A stretch of 35,948 bases of DNA from a virus. The translations under genes were made by a program, and so were the position numbers. Position 1 is the stretch's first letter, and each line of letters starts with the position of its first letter. The notes beneath the pieces are model-generated. The model did no database searches. It worked only from the letters and a program-made list of their open reading frames with translations, and was not told the origin of the DNA. This document shows, one piece after another, positions 22,452 to 31,142 of the stretch. Location of the stretch: the IMG/VR virus record IMGVR_UViG_3300045988_055361; one strand, 5' to 3'.

Positions 22452-24881
22452 ATGGCATTAGGTGGAACAATCAAGCTACAAGGCGAGAGCGAATATAGAC
22501 GAGCATTGAAACAGATTACACAGAACTTGCGAGAAGTTTCTTCTGAAATGAAGATCGTCACAAGTACATACGACAAGAACGACACAAGCACCGACGCATT
22601 GACTGCCAAGAGTGACGTGCTGAACAAGCGACTTGAAGAGCAGAAATCAAAGCTGAAGTTAGTGTCTGACCAGTACAAACAGTATCAGGATGCTGTTAAA
22701 AAGTCAGCAGACGAGCATACACAACTAGGCGAAAAGTTGGAAAATGCAAAGGGAAAGCTCGCAAGCATCGAAGCGCAGTCTGGTAAAAACACCAAGGAAT
22801 ATGAAGAACAGAAAAGGGTTGTTGATGAACTTCAAAAGCAGTATGACGAAAGCACAACGGCTCAGGACAACAACAAGAAATCACTATCACAGCTTGCAGT
22901 GCAGATGAACAATGCAAAAGCCGATGTTATCAAGACAACAAAAGAGATTGACAATCTCGGCAAAGAATCTGATGGTAGTACAAAACAGGTTGATGAACTG
23001 TCGAAGAAGATGGGCGACGCTGATGGTGCATCAAAAAACCTTAACGATGGTTTTACAGTACTTAAAGGTACGATGGCTAATCTTGCATCACAGGCAATCA
23101 GCAAGATTGTTGATGGATTCAAGGGACTTGTAGATGGTGCGGTTGACTATCAGAAGTCCATGGAGTATTACACAACATCATTTACGGTCATGACAGGTTC
23201 AGCAGATAAGGCAAGCGAGACGGTTAAGAAACTTTCTGACATTGGAGCAACAACGCCATTTGATATGCCACAGTTAGCAGATGCAACATCATTGCTGATG
23301 AACTTTGGCTTTAATGCTGATGATGCTGTCGGCAGTATGATGATGCTTGGTGATATTTCTCAGGGTAATGCAGACAAGCTGGATTCCATTACGAGAGCGT
23401 ATGGGAAAATGAGTTCGGCGCAGAAAGTATCGCTTGAAGACATAAACATGATGATTGATGCAGGATTCAACCCGTTACAGGAAATCTCAGAACATACTGG
23501 AGAAAGCATGTCAAGCCTTTATGACAGAATATCAAAGGGCAAAATGTCAGTTGATGAGATCACGGAGTCTATGAAGCGTTCAACGTCTGAAGGTGGCAAA
23601 TATTTTAAGTCAATGGATGCACAGTCTCAGAATTTGGATGGCAGACTTTCTACATTGAGTGATACTATCAATTCAAAACTTGGCGAAGCATTACAGCCGA
23701 TTCTGAAAAAAGCCTCTGATGAATGGATTCCAAACATCACAAATGCAATCGACAATATGGATATTGATTCTGTCGTTTCTGTTATTGATGATATCATTTC
23801 TGGTGTTGGTGATTTATTCGGATTCATTATGGACAATGGCGATACAATCATTTCACTTGTTGCAGGAATCGGTACAGCAATGATGACGTGGAAGGTAGCA
23901 AGCATGATTAACGGCGTGGTTGGAGCAGTTAAAGCATTTCAGGTTGCTAATGAGGGTGCATCTGTTGCACAGGCATTATTGAATGGTGTCATGAATGCCA
24001 ACCCAATCATGTTGGTTGCAACGTTGCTTGCAGGACTGATAGCAACAATCGTCACATTGTGGAACACAAACGAGAATTTCCGCAATGCTGTTATAAGTGT
24101 GTGGAATGCATTCAAGGACACTGTCGGAAATGCGATTAAATCGGTAGGTGGATTCATAGGCAACCTCATATCGTGGTTTCAGGCTCTTCCTGGGCGTATT
24201 GGTGCATTCCTTGGTGAAGTTATAGGCAATGTACAGAATTGGGCTTCTAACATGGTTTCTAGGGCTTCTGAAGCAGGTTCTAACTTTGTTGGCAGGGTTG
24301 TATCATTCATCCGTGGTCTTCCGTCTGCTGTATGGAATTGGCTGTCAAGTACATTGAATAACGCATGGAACTTCGCAGGACAGTTGGCACGAGCGGGTGC
24401 AAATGCCGCATCTGGACTTGTAAATAACATTGTCGGGAAAATCAGAAGTCTTCCAGGGCAGTTGTATAATTGGGGTGTTGATATGGTTCAAGGTATCGCA
24501 AACGGTATCAGGAGTGCAATCCATAAAGTCACAAGTGCAGTCAGAGATCTTGCAAACAAAATCAAGTCGTTCCTTCATTTCTCAAGACCTGATGAAGGCC
24601 CATTGGCTGAGTATGAAAGTTGGATGCCTGACATGGTTGATGGATTGAGCGATTCTTTAAGAAAGGCAAGTCCAGAACTTATCAGTCAGACAGAAGCATT
24701 GGCGAGTGGAATGTCTGACGCATTCAATGCTAATGGTGGTATTTCAGCAAGTGGTGGAAGAAGCTACGATTCTATGGTTGCGGCATTCAAGGATGCTTTG
24801 TCACAGGTCAAAATTGAAATGGACGATGAAGAAATGGGTCATTTCGTTGATAAAACCGTTACAAAGCTTATTTATACTTAA
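22452..24881 (+). CDS. Tail tape measure protein
   Basis: 809 aa with an N-terminal coiled coil. TP901-type core (TTPFDMPQLADATSLLMNFGFNADDAVGSMMMLGDISQGNADKLDSITRAYGKMSSAQKVSLEDINMMIDAGFNPLQEI) and hydrophobic, Gly-rich segments. Confidence 0.9.
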   Translation: MALGGTIKLQGESEYRRALKQITQNLREVSSEMKIVTSTYDKNDTSTDALTAKSDVLNKRLEEQKSKLKLVSDQYKQYQDAVKKSADEHTQLGEKLENAKGKLASIEAQSGKNTKEYEEQKRVVDELQKQYDESTTAQDNNKKSLSQLAVQMNNAKADVIKTTKEIDNLGKESDGSTKQVDELSKKMGDADGASKNLNDGFTVLKGTMANLASQAISKIVDGFKGLVDGAVDYQKSMEYYTTSFTVMTGSADKASETVKKLSDIGATTPFDMPQLADATSLLMNFGFNADDAVGSMMMLGDISQGNADKLDSITRAYGKMSSAQKVSLEDINMMIDAGFNPLQEISEHTGESMSSLYDRISKGKMSVDEITESMKRSTSEGGKYFKSMDAQSQNLDGRLSTLSDTINSKLGEALQPILKKASDEWIPNITNAIDNMDIDSVVSVIDDIISGVGDLFGFIMDNGDTIISLVAGIGTAMMTWKVASMINGVVGAVKAFQVANEGASVAQALLNGVMNANPIMLVATLLAGLIATIVTLWNTNENFRNAVISVWNAFKDTVGNAIKSVGGFIGNLISWFQALPGRIGAFLGEVIGNVQNWASNMVSRASEAGSNFVGRVVSFIRGLPSAVWNWLSSTLNNAWNFAGQLARAGANAASGLVNNIVGKIRSLPGQLYNWGVDMVQGIANGIRSAIHKVTSAVRDLANKIKSFLHFSRPDEGPLAEYESWMPDMVDGLSDSLRKASPELISQTEALASGMSDAFNANGGISASGGRSYDSMVAAFKDALSQVKIEMDDEEMGHFVDKTVTKLIYT

Positions 24882-24893
24882 GGCGGTGAAAAT

Positions 24894-25595
24894 ATGAGAA
24901 ATTATGTTATTCAAAATGGAAAAGACAGCCGATATTTAAAAGGATTGCTGATACAGGAATTGCCACCGATTACAAAGCCATTGATGCGTACAAGCATTGA
25001 GCAGATAGACGGGCGTGACGGTGATGTGATCACAAGGCTTGGATATTCAGCTTATGACAAAAAAATGAAAATCGGTCTGTTCGGCGACTATGATATTGAT
25101 GATATTATTACGTTTTTTAATTCAAGCGGAACGGTCACGTTTTCAAATGAGCCAGAAAAATACTACGTGTACGATATTCTTGATGCGATTGATTACGAAC
25201 GACTTATGAGGTTCAGAACGGCTGAGATCACGTATCATGTACAGCCATTCAAATACAGCAGTATCGAGAAACTGAAGGTGTTCAGCAATCCGACAAGTGC
25301 TATCACAGTAAGAAATAACGGCAATTATGTATCAAAGCCAGTTATTCATATCAAAGGAGCAGGGATTATCAATCTGTCATTGAATGGCGTGCAGTTGTTC
25401 CGTATTGACTTGAGTACGACAAATTCCATCACAATAGACACGGGAAGGCTTGAAGCGTACAATGATGATGTACTGATGAACCGATACGTTGTCGGCGATT
25501 ATGACAAGTTTGTTCTTAAAGTTGGAGCTAACTCCGTGTCATGGGATGAAGCATTGACATATATTGCGTTTGAAAAGAATTCGAGGTGGATATAA
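24894..25595 (+). CDS. Distal tail protein (Dit, Sipho_tail family)
   Basis: Immediately follows the TMP. LPPITKPLMRTSIEQIDGRDGDVITRLGYSAYDKKMKIGL is typical of Dit N-termini. Confidence 0.7.
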   Translation: MRNYVIQNGKDSRYLKGLLIQELPPITKPLMRTSIEQIDGRDGDVITRLGYSAYDKKMKIGLFGDYDIDDIITFFNSSGTVTFSNEPEKYYVYDILDAIDYERLMRFRTAEITYHVQPFKYSSIEKLKVFSNPTSAITVRNNGNYVSKPVIHIKGAGIINLSLNGVQLFRIDLSTTNSITIDTGRLEAYNDDVLMNRYVVGDYDKFVLKVGANSVSWDEALTYIAFEKNSRWI

Positions 25596-25930
25596 TGAAA
25601 ACAAATTTTGAAATGATCAGGGGTGACACGTTGAGCTTTGCTTTTGAAGTTGAGTTTGACGAAGCACCGCAGAAATTAGAAAAGGCAGATTTTACATGCA
25701 AAACGAATTTTGACGATGATGATGTAGTGTTTCATAAGGAATTAGAAAATGGAATCAACTTTTCAAAACAGGACGGAACAAAGCTGTATTACATTGTTCG
25801 TATTGCACCAGAGGACACAAAAAATCTTGAGAAAGGAATGTATTATTATGACTTGCAAATCGAACTAAATGGGGATGTATTTACCATTCTCAATGGGGCG
25901 CTTAAAATAGAAAGTGATGTGACAAGATGA
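25595..25930 (+). CDS. Hypothetical tail-associated protein (111 aa)
   Basis: ATG at 25595 follows GAGGTGGA and overlaps the Dit stop. The RGDTLSFAFEV... beta-rich sequence has no firm assignment. Confidence 0.5.
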   Translation: MKTNFEMIRGDTLSFAFEVEFDEAPQKLEKADFTCKTNFDDDDVVFHKELENGINFSKQDGTKLYYIVRIAPEDTKNLEKGMYYYDLQIELNGDVFTILNGALKIESDVTR

Positions 25931-26784
25931 GCAAATATTATAGAGTGAAAACATTGATGCTGAAAGGCCAGAAAGGCGATACAGGGTACGGTATTTCAAA
26001 TGTTAAGATGAATGATGATTATACTTTAACTATCACAATAGAAAACGGGATGCATTTCAATACACCGCCAATCCGTGGAGAAAAAGGCGAGCGAGGTGCT
26101 TGCATTAGGTCTGCTGAACGGCGTGACGACTACTCACTACTGTTTACTCTTGATAATGGCGAAACAATTGAGACTACAGCAATTCTCGGCAAAGAATTTG
26201 AAAATATCCGCACATTAGAAGCATCTGCAACCAGTGCAAGTAAGATTGCAACTAGTGCTAGTACAAGTGCAAGTGCATCAGCACAGAGTGCAAGCCAAGC
26301 ATCAATTTCTGCAAGCGAAAGTGCAAGCAATGCAAGTACAAGCGCAAGTGCATCAGCACAGTCAGCAAAAAATGCAAGTCAGAGTGCTACAAATGCACAA
26401 GAGAGTGCAATCAGTGCAAGTACAAGTGCAGATACTGCAACATCTAAGGCTACAGAAGCAAGTACATCAGCTACAAAAGCAAAAGAATCTGAGACGAATG
26501 CAAAATCATCAGAAACAAATGCATCTAACAGTGCGAAAGAAGCTGAAGCAAGTGCAGTAAATGCTAAAGCATCTGAAACTAAAGCCGAGGAATATGCCAA
26601 CAATTTACAAAATTCAACTGAAGCCATTAGTCAACTAAAGGAAGATTTAGTTGCAAACTCAAAAGAAGATGCTAAAACTAAACGTAGTTTATCGGCGTTG
26701 TGGGCTTTGAATAATGGTATCTCTTATAGATTTGAAACGGACACAGAAAAAGCCTATCAAAAGGGAAGTTCCGAGTGGTGCTAA
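25927..26784 (+). CDS. Tail fibre, N-terminal segment (short collagen-like triplets plus a Ser/Ala-rich coiled rod)
   Basis: VKTLMLKGQKGDTG, GEKGERG, then about 130 aa of SAxxAxxSA-type repeats. It ends 6 codons after ...TEKAYQK, where the +1 frame continues as EVPSGAKLGAVNKI... Confidence 0.7.
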   Translation: MSKYYRVKTLMLKGQKGDTGYGISNVKMNDDYTLTITIENGMHFNTPPIRGEKGERGACIRSAERRDDYSLLFTLDNGETIETTAILGKEFENIRTLEASATSASKIATSASTSASASAQSASQASISASESASNASTSASASAQSAKNASQSATNAQESAISASTSADTATSKATEASTSATKAKESETNAKSSETNASNSAKEAEASAVNAKASETKAEEYANNLQNSTEAISQLKEDLVANSKEDAKTKRSLSALWALNNGISYRFETDTEKAYQKGSSEWC

Positions 26785-28399
26785 GTTAGGTGCAGTAAAC
26801 AAGATTTGTGGAAGAACGATTGTATATAACCAATTATTTACAACTGAAAATTATGATAGTGATAGTTTAAAAATCACATATGCAGACAACGTTATTACAA
26901 TAAATGGTTCTACAAGTAACAATTGGATCAATTTTAGCCCACTAGATGAAAATTCAAATATTATCGCTAAGTTTTATATTAAAATGACCATTATAAAGAA
27001 TGATGACAAGTTATCATTTAACTACGGTTGGTTAAATAGAAGTTGCTATACTGATTCAATATCCACAGGAAGTTCGTCAGCCATATATAATCAAACAACT
27101 AGCCAGTTAGAAAAAGAACCGTCAACAGGTATTTCATGGGATGGTTCATTGGGTAGCGTAACGTTCAATGACGTTAAAATCCAAATAATCGTTGTTAACC
27201 TAACAAAGATGTTCGGAGAAGGCAACGAGCCTTCAACTCCAGAAGAATTTGAAGCAATGTTTCCAAATGATTATTATCCTTACAATGAAGGAACGCTTAT
27301 GAGTATGAGCGTAAACGAGGTTGTTGAAAAAGGTAGAAATTTATTCGATTGTTACGGATTCTCTGCCAAGGGTATGACAAGTTTAAATGATGAAAGAGTA
27401 CTTGCCAATAGTTATGGAACGACAATTTCCACAACTGAGCCAACAAACAAGATTGTTGTAGTGCAGACACAAGCACCTAACAGTTATAAAACTTCTGCTG
27501 ATAACGGATATTTCTGCACAGGTGTAAAAGATATGAAGCCGTCAAAAAGTTATGTATTCTCATTTGATTTCACGCCTACAAAGAAACTTATTGCAGATGG
27601 TCAACTTTCATTTCTTGTAAACGGAAGACTTTCTCAAGGTACTATCACTGTAGGCGAATTAAATGTTAAGAAAAGGCTTTCTATCCAAATTGATTACAGT
27701 GTAGTAGATAACAGACAATATTTAGAGGTTCGATTAGGTGGCATGAGTGGTATTTTTGAGAATTTCCAATTAGACGAAGGGAGCACGGCTACATCATACA
27801 CACCATATCACGAAAGCACATTTCCAATACCACAAGCAATCCAAAATTTAGACGGTTACGGTTGGGGCGTTAACAACGTGTACAACTATGTCGATTATGA
27901 AAACAAGAAGTTTTATAAGTACGTCAATAGGGTTGATTTAGGTACATTTAATTTCACTTATGTAACTTATGGAAATGATAACCGATTTTACCTTTTCAGA
28001 ATTTCACTTCCAAACGGCATGGAAAAAGATGATAATGCATACTTACACACTAACAATTTACTATGCAGTAAATATACGGATGCGCCATGGGAGACTATAT
28101 GGGCGAGTGGAACTGATAAAACAATAACACGAACTAGTAGCACAATTAACATAACAGATTCATCATTTAGTGACGCAGAAAAATTTAAGCAGTCACTACA
28201 AGGCGTTTACCTTTATTATGAACTAGCAGAACCTGTTGTTACTGATATATCAGATATTATCGGAGATACATTCCAAGAACCTTTTAATGTTGAGAGTGGG
28301 GGTTCTTTGACTTTTAAGAACACAAATGGAGACGGCTACCAACTTGCAGTTTCAAGCGATATTCAGTACGTTGTATCACTGAAAGAGGTGACATCATAA
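26714..28399 (+). CDS. Tail fibre, C-terminal (receptor-binding-like) segment; probably the continuation of 25927..26784 in the +1 frame
   Basis: 561-aa ORF with no convincing RBS at its first ATG. It overlaps the upstream ORF by 71 nt. Beta-rich, Asn/Thr/Tyr-rich sequence typical of distal fibre domains. Markedly more AT-rich than the N-terminal segment. Confidence 0.65.
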   Translation: MVSLIDLKRTQKKPIKREVPSGAKLGAVNKICGRTIVYNQLFTTENYDSDSLKITYADNVITINGSTSNNWINFSPLDENSNIIAKFYIKMTIIKNDDKLSFNYGWLNRSCYTDSISTGSSSAIYNQTTSQLEKEPSTGISWDGSLGSVTFNDVKIQIIVVNLTKMFGEGNEPSTPEEFEAMFPNDYYPYNEGTLMSMSVNEVVEKGRNLFDCYGFSAKGMTSLNDERVLANSYGTTISTTEPTNKIVVVQTQAPNSYKTSADNGYFCTGVKDMKPSKSYVFSFDFTPTKKLIADGQLSFLVNGRLSQGTITVGELNVKKRLSIQIDYSVVDNRQYLEVRLGGMSGIFENFQLDEGSTATSYTPYHESTFPIPQAIQNLDGYGWGVNNVYNYVDYENKKFYKYVNRVDLGTFNFTYVTYGNDNRFYLFRISLPNGMEKDDNAYLHTNNLLCSKYTDAPWETIWASGTDKTITRTSSTINITDSSFSDAEKFKQSLQGVYLYYELAEPVVTDISDIIGDTFQEPFNVESGGSLTFKNTNGDGYQLAVSSDIQYVVSLKEVTS

Positions 28400-28542
28400 T
28401 GACAGATTTACAAATTAAAATGATGGAAAAATTAGGTTTGTCAAAAGAGGACTTTGAACCTATCAACAAGGAAGAATTACTTGAAGAAGCATATTTGAAA
28501 TGTGAATATAATTCTATTTTAATCGAACAACTAATGGGGTAA
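28399..28542 (+). CDS. Hypothetical small protein (47 aa; below the ORF-track cut-off)
   Basis: ATG overlaps the fibre stop (TAATG). Reads MTDLQIKMMEKLGLSKEDFEPINKEELLEEAYLKCEYNSILIEQLMG. Confidence 0.4.
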   Translation: MTDLQIKMMEKLGLSKEDFEPINKEELLEEAYLKCEYNSILIEQLMG

Positions 28543-28547
28543 TAAAT

Positions 28548-28685
28548 ATGATTTACAGACTAATGAAAAATAAGATTAAACGCGAAGGTTTGACAGAAGA
28601 AAACAAGAATTTATTAGATGTATACCTTTTGGGTAAAAGGATTACACAATCACAGTACGAAGAATTAATGCGATTAGCAAATTAA
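28548..28685 (+). CDS. XkdX-like small protein (45 aa; below the ORF-track cut-off)
   Basis: Reads MIYRLMKNKIKREGLTEENKNLLDVYLLGKRITQSQYEELMRLAN. The pattern (..VY.L.G.IT..QY.EL) resembles the XkdX family found beside fibre genes. Confidence 0.45.
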   Translation: MIYRLMKNKIKREGLTEENKNLLDVYLLGKRITQSQYEELMRLAN

Positions 28686-28721
28686 AAAGGATCACTGAAG
28701 GACAGAAAGAGATGTGATAAA

Positions 28722-29447
28722 ATGAGCGAATATTTCATAAAACCAATCGTAAAAACATTGATGCTTAAAGGTCAGGAAGGGCAGAGCATCAAGGAAATCA
28801 AAAAAACTAGCACAAGCGGGCTGACTGATACTTACGAAATATCACTTACTGATGGGACTAAAAAACCATTTACAGTAAGCAACGGCAAAGGCATTGTATC
28901 AATTGCGAAGACATCAACAATCGGATTATTAGATATATACACGATTACATATAATGATGGAACAACATCAACATTTAATGTAAAGAACGGTGACATTGCA
29001 GACCTACTTGACAGGACTTATCCAGTTGGCTCTATTTATATGAGCGTAAATAGTACGGAACCATCAACATTGTTTGGCGGTACGTGGGAAAGGCTGGGAG
29101 GACGTTTTCTAATTGGTGCAGGAACAAATACGGAGATAAATTCTAATGGAGAATATGGCGATCTTGGGCGTGGAGACCCAACCTTTGCAGGCGGTGAAAC
29201 AGGTGGTCAATACTATCATCAATTAACCATTGACGAAATGCCTAAACATACACATAATATTAAATCATCTTCAACTGATGGTGATGATAAAAAAACTTGG
29301 GTTTTGAAAGACCACATGCCTAACACGAGTCTGGAAAGACTACCATGGCAATGGGGTGGAAAAGCTGTTTCATATGAAGGCAGTGGAAATAAACATAACA
29401 ATATGCCACCATATTTAGCTGTTTACATGTGGAAAAGAACGGCATAA
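28722..29447 (+). CDS. Second tail fibre / receptor-binding-like protein with a C-terminal HxH 'collar'-type domain
   Basis: The N-terminus (VKTLMLKGQEGQS) is paralogous to that of 25927. The C-terminus reads YPVGSIYMS...FGGTWERLGGRFLIGAG...GGETGGQYYHQLTIDEMPKHTHN...NNMPPYLAVYMWKRTA, the conserved phage fibre-tip/collar pattern. Confidence 0.7.
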   Translation: MSEYFIKPIVKTLMLKGQEGQSIKEIKKTSTSGLTDTYEISLTDGTKKPFTVSNGKGIVSIAKTSTIGLLDIYTITYNDGTTSTFNVKNGDIADLLDRTYPVGSIYMSVNSTEPSTLFGGTWERLGGRFLIGAGTNTEINSNGEYGDLGRGDPTFAGGETGGQYYHQLTIDEMPKHTHNIKSSSTDGDDKKTWVLKDHMPNTSLERLPWQWGGKAVSYEGSGNKHNNMPPYLAVYMWKRTA

Positions 29448-29479
29448 AGATATAACATGGCAAGAAAGGAGGTTTAAAG

Positions 29480-31141
29480 GTGATTAGAGTATTTTCTCCT
29501 ACAGATAAGACATTTACATCAAATGGTGATGCGGTTATCCGACCATTCAAGGCAAAAGTACATAAAGAGGACAACGGAAAATTCTATCTGAATATTGAGG
29601 CAGACATATCATATGTTGACATTCTGACAGCAAATAGAATCATCGTTGCAGATACGCCACAGGGCTCACAGGCATTTCGCATTAAAAATCCAGAAAAGAC
29701 AAAACACAAGATCACGTTCAAGGCACAGCATATATCGTATGATGCTCAAAACTATGTGATCGCAGACAGTTATGTTGTTGATAAGAATTGCAATGATGCA
29801 ATGAACCATCTGAACAGGGCTACAGACAATCCTAGCCCGTTTCAGGTGATGTCTGATATTACCATGGTAGATTCATATAGATGTGTTAGAACATCGCTGT
29901 ATGACGCTTTTAGCACGGTTTTGGAGCGTTGGGGCGGGCACTTTGTACGTGACAATTACAGGTTCGGTATCATGAGTACTATCGGGCGTGATAACGGGGT
30001 TACAGTACGATACAAAAAGAATCTGAAGGAAATGACATGCACGGCAAACTGGGATAATGTTGTGACAAAACTTATGCCAGTTGGAAAAGACGGCTTGATG
30101 TTGGATGAAGTCTACCTTTACAGCAAGACACAGTACGATATTCCATTTACAAAAGTCGTGTCTTTCAATCAAAATGTTGACCAAGACCTTTACAAAGATG
30201 CTGACGGCAATCTTGATGAAGTGGCATACAATAACGCACTGATTGAGGATTTAAGGAAGCAGGGGCAGGCATATGTTGATGAAAATTGCACGCCAAAAGT
30301 GAATTACACCTTAAAAGCAAACGTTGAAAAGCTGACTGATATAGGCGATACAATCGAAGTTATTGACGAACCAATGGGTGTGGATATCGTGACACATGTT
30401 ATTTCGTATGAGTATGATTGCATTCTGGGAAAGTATACGGAACTTGAATTTGGGAATTTTCAGCAGAAAGTTTCCGACCTTATGGGAACAGTAAGCTCAA
30501 CAATTCAGCAGATTGTGGAACAAAACAATGCAAACTTACAGGTGGTATTCTCAGATGCAATTCAGCAGGCACAGGAATCAATACTTGGTATGATTGACAG
30601 TTCGTATGTGGTTTATGAAGGTGACAAGATTCTGGTTGTTGATGCATTACCAAAAGAAGAAGCTCACCACGTTATTATGATTAATAGCGGTGGTATTGCA
30701 TTTTCAAGCACTGGAATCAATGGAACATTCGAGAGTGCATGGACGATTGATAATGTGCTAAATATGCAACATATAAATGTGATTAATCTTGTTGCTGACA
30801 TGATAAAAGGTGGAACTTTAAAACTTGGCTCTAACCTTAACCAGAACGGACAGATTGAGGTATATGATGAAGCGAATAATCTGATTGCAAAACTAGACAA
30901 AAACGGGCTGATTATGTATGGGCTTGACGGCTCATATCTGGTAGTCAATAATTCAGTTGGTTTTGCAGGATATGACCGCACAGGAGCAAAGACATTCTGG
31001 GTTTCAGGTGACGAGTTCCACCAGAAAAAATCTGTAATCGAGGAAGAGATCACGTTATGCAACAAGGCAAGATTTATTCCGATAACTGTTAAAGATGGCG
31101 ATACTGTTACAAATGACGGCATCGGTATAGTAGGGGTATGA
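29480..31141 (+). CDS. Tail-associated protein Tal (phage minor structural protein, N-terminal region family)
   Basis: GTG start after AAGGAGG. MIRVFSPTDKTFTSNGDAVIRPFKAKVHKEDNGKFYLNIEAD...FRIKNPEKTKHKITFKAQHISYD...LERWGGHFVRDNYRFGI...GVTVRYKKNLKEM fits the TIGR01665-like pattern. Confidence 0.7.
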   Translation: MIRVFSPTDKTFTSNGDAVIRPFKAKVHKEDNGKFYLNIEADISYVDILTANRIIVADTPQGSQAFRIKNPEKTKHKITFKAQHISYDAQNYVIADSYVVDKNCNDAMNHLNRATDNPSPFQVMSDITMVDSYRCVRTSLYDAFSTVLERWGGHFVRDNYRFGIMSTIGRDNGVTVRYKKNLKEMTCTANWDNVVTKLMPVGKDGLMLDEVYLYSKTQYDIPFTKVVSFNQNVDQDLYKDADGNLDEVAYNNALIEDLRKQGQAYVDENCTPKVNYTLKANVEKLTDIGDTIEVIDEPMGVDIVTHVISYEYDCILGKYTELEFGNFQQKVSDLMGTVSSTIQQIVEQNNANLQVVFSDAIQQAQESILGMIDSSYVVYEGDKILVVDALPKEEAHHVIMINSGGIAFSSTGINGTFESAWTIDNVLNMQHINVINLVADMIKGGTLKLGSNLNQNGQIEVYDEANNLIAKLDKNGLIMYGLDGSYLVVNNSVGFAGYDRTGAKTFWVSGDEFHQKKSVIEEEITLCNKARFIPITVKDGDTVTNDGIGIVGV

Positions 31142-31142
31142 T

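Noticed and set aside
26130-26627. Three overlapping ORFs (26130..26330 -, 26234..26560 +, 26379..26627 -) inside the fibre gene.
   Set aside because: They arise from the GCA/AGT-rich repeat encoding the Ser/Ala rod. Stop codons are absent in several frames because the sequence is low-complexity.
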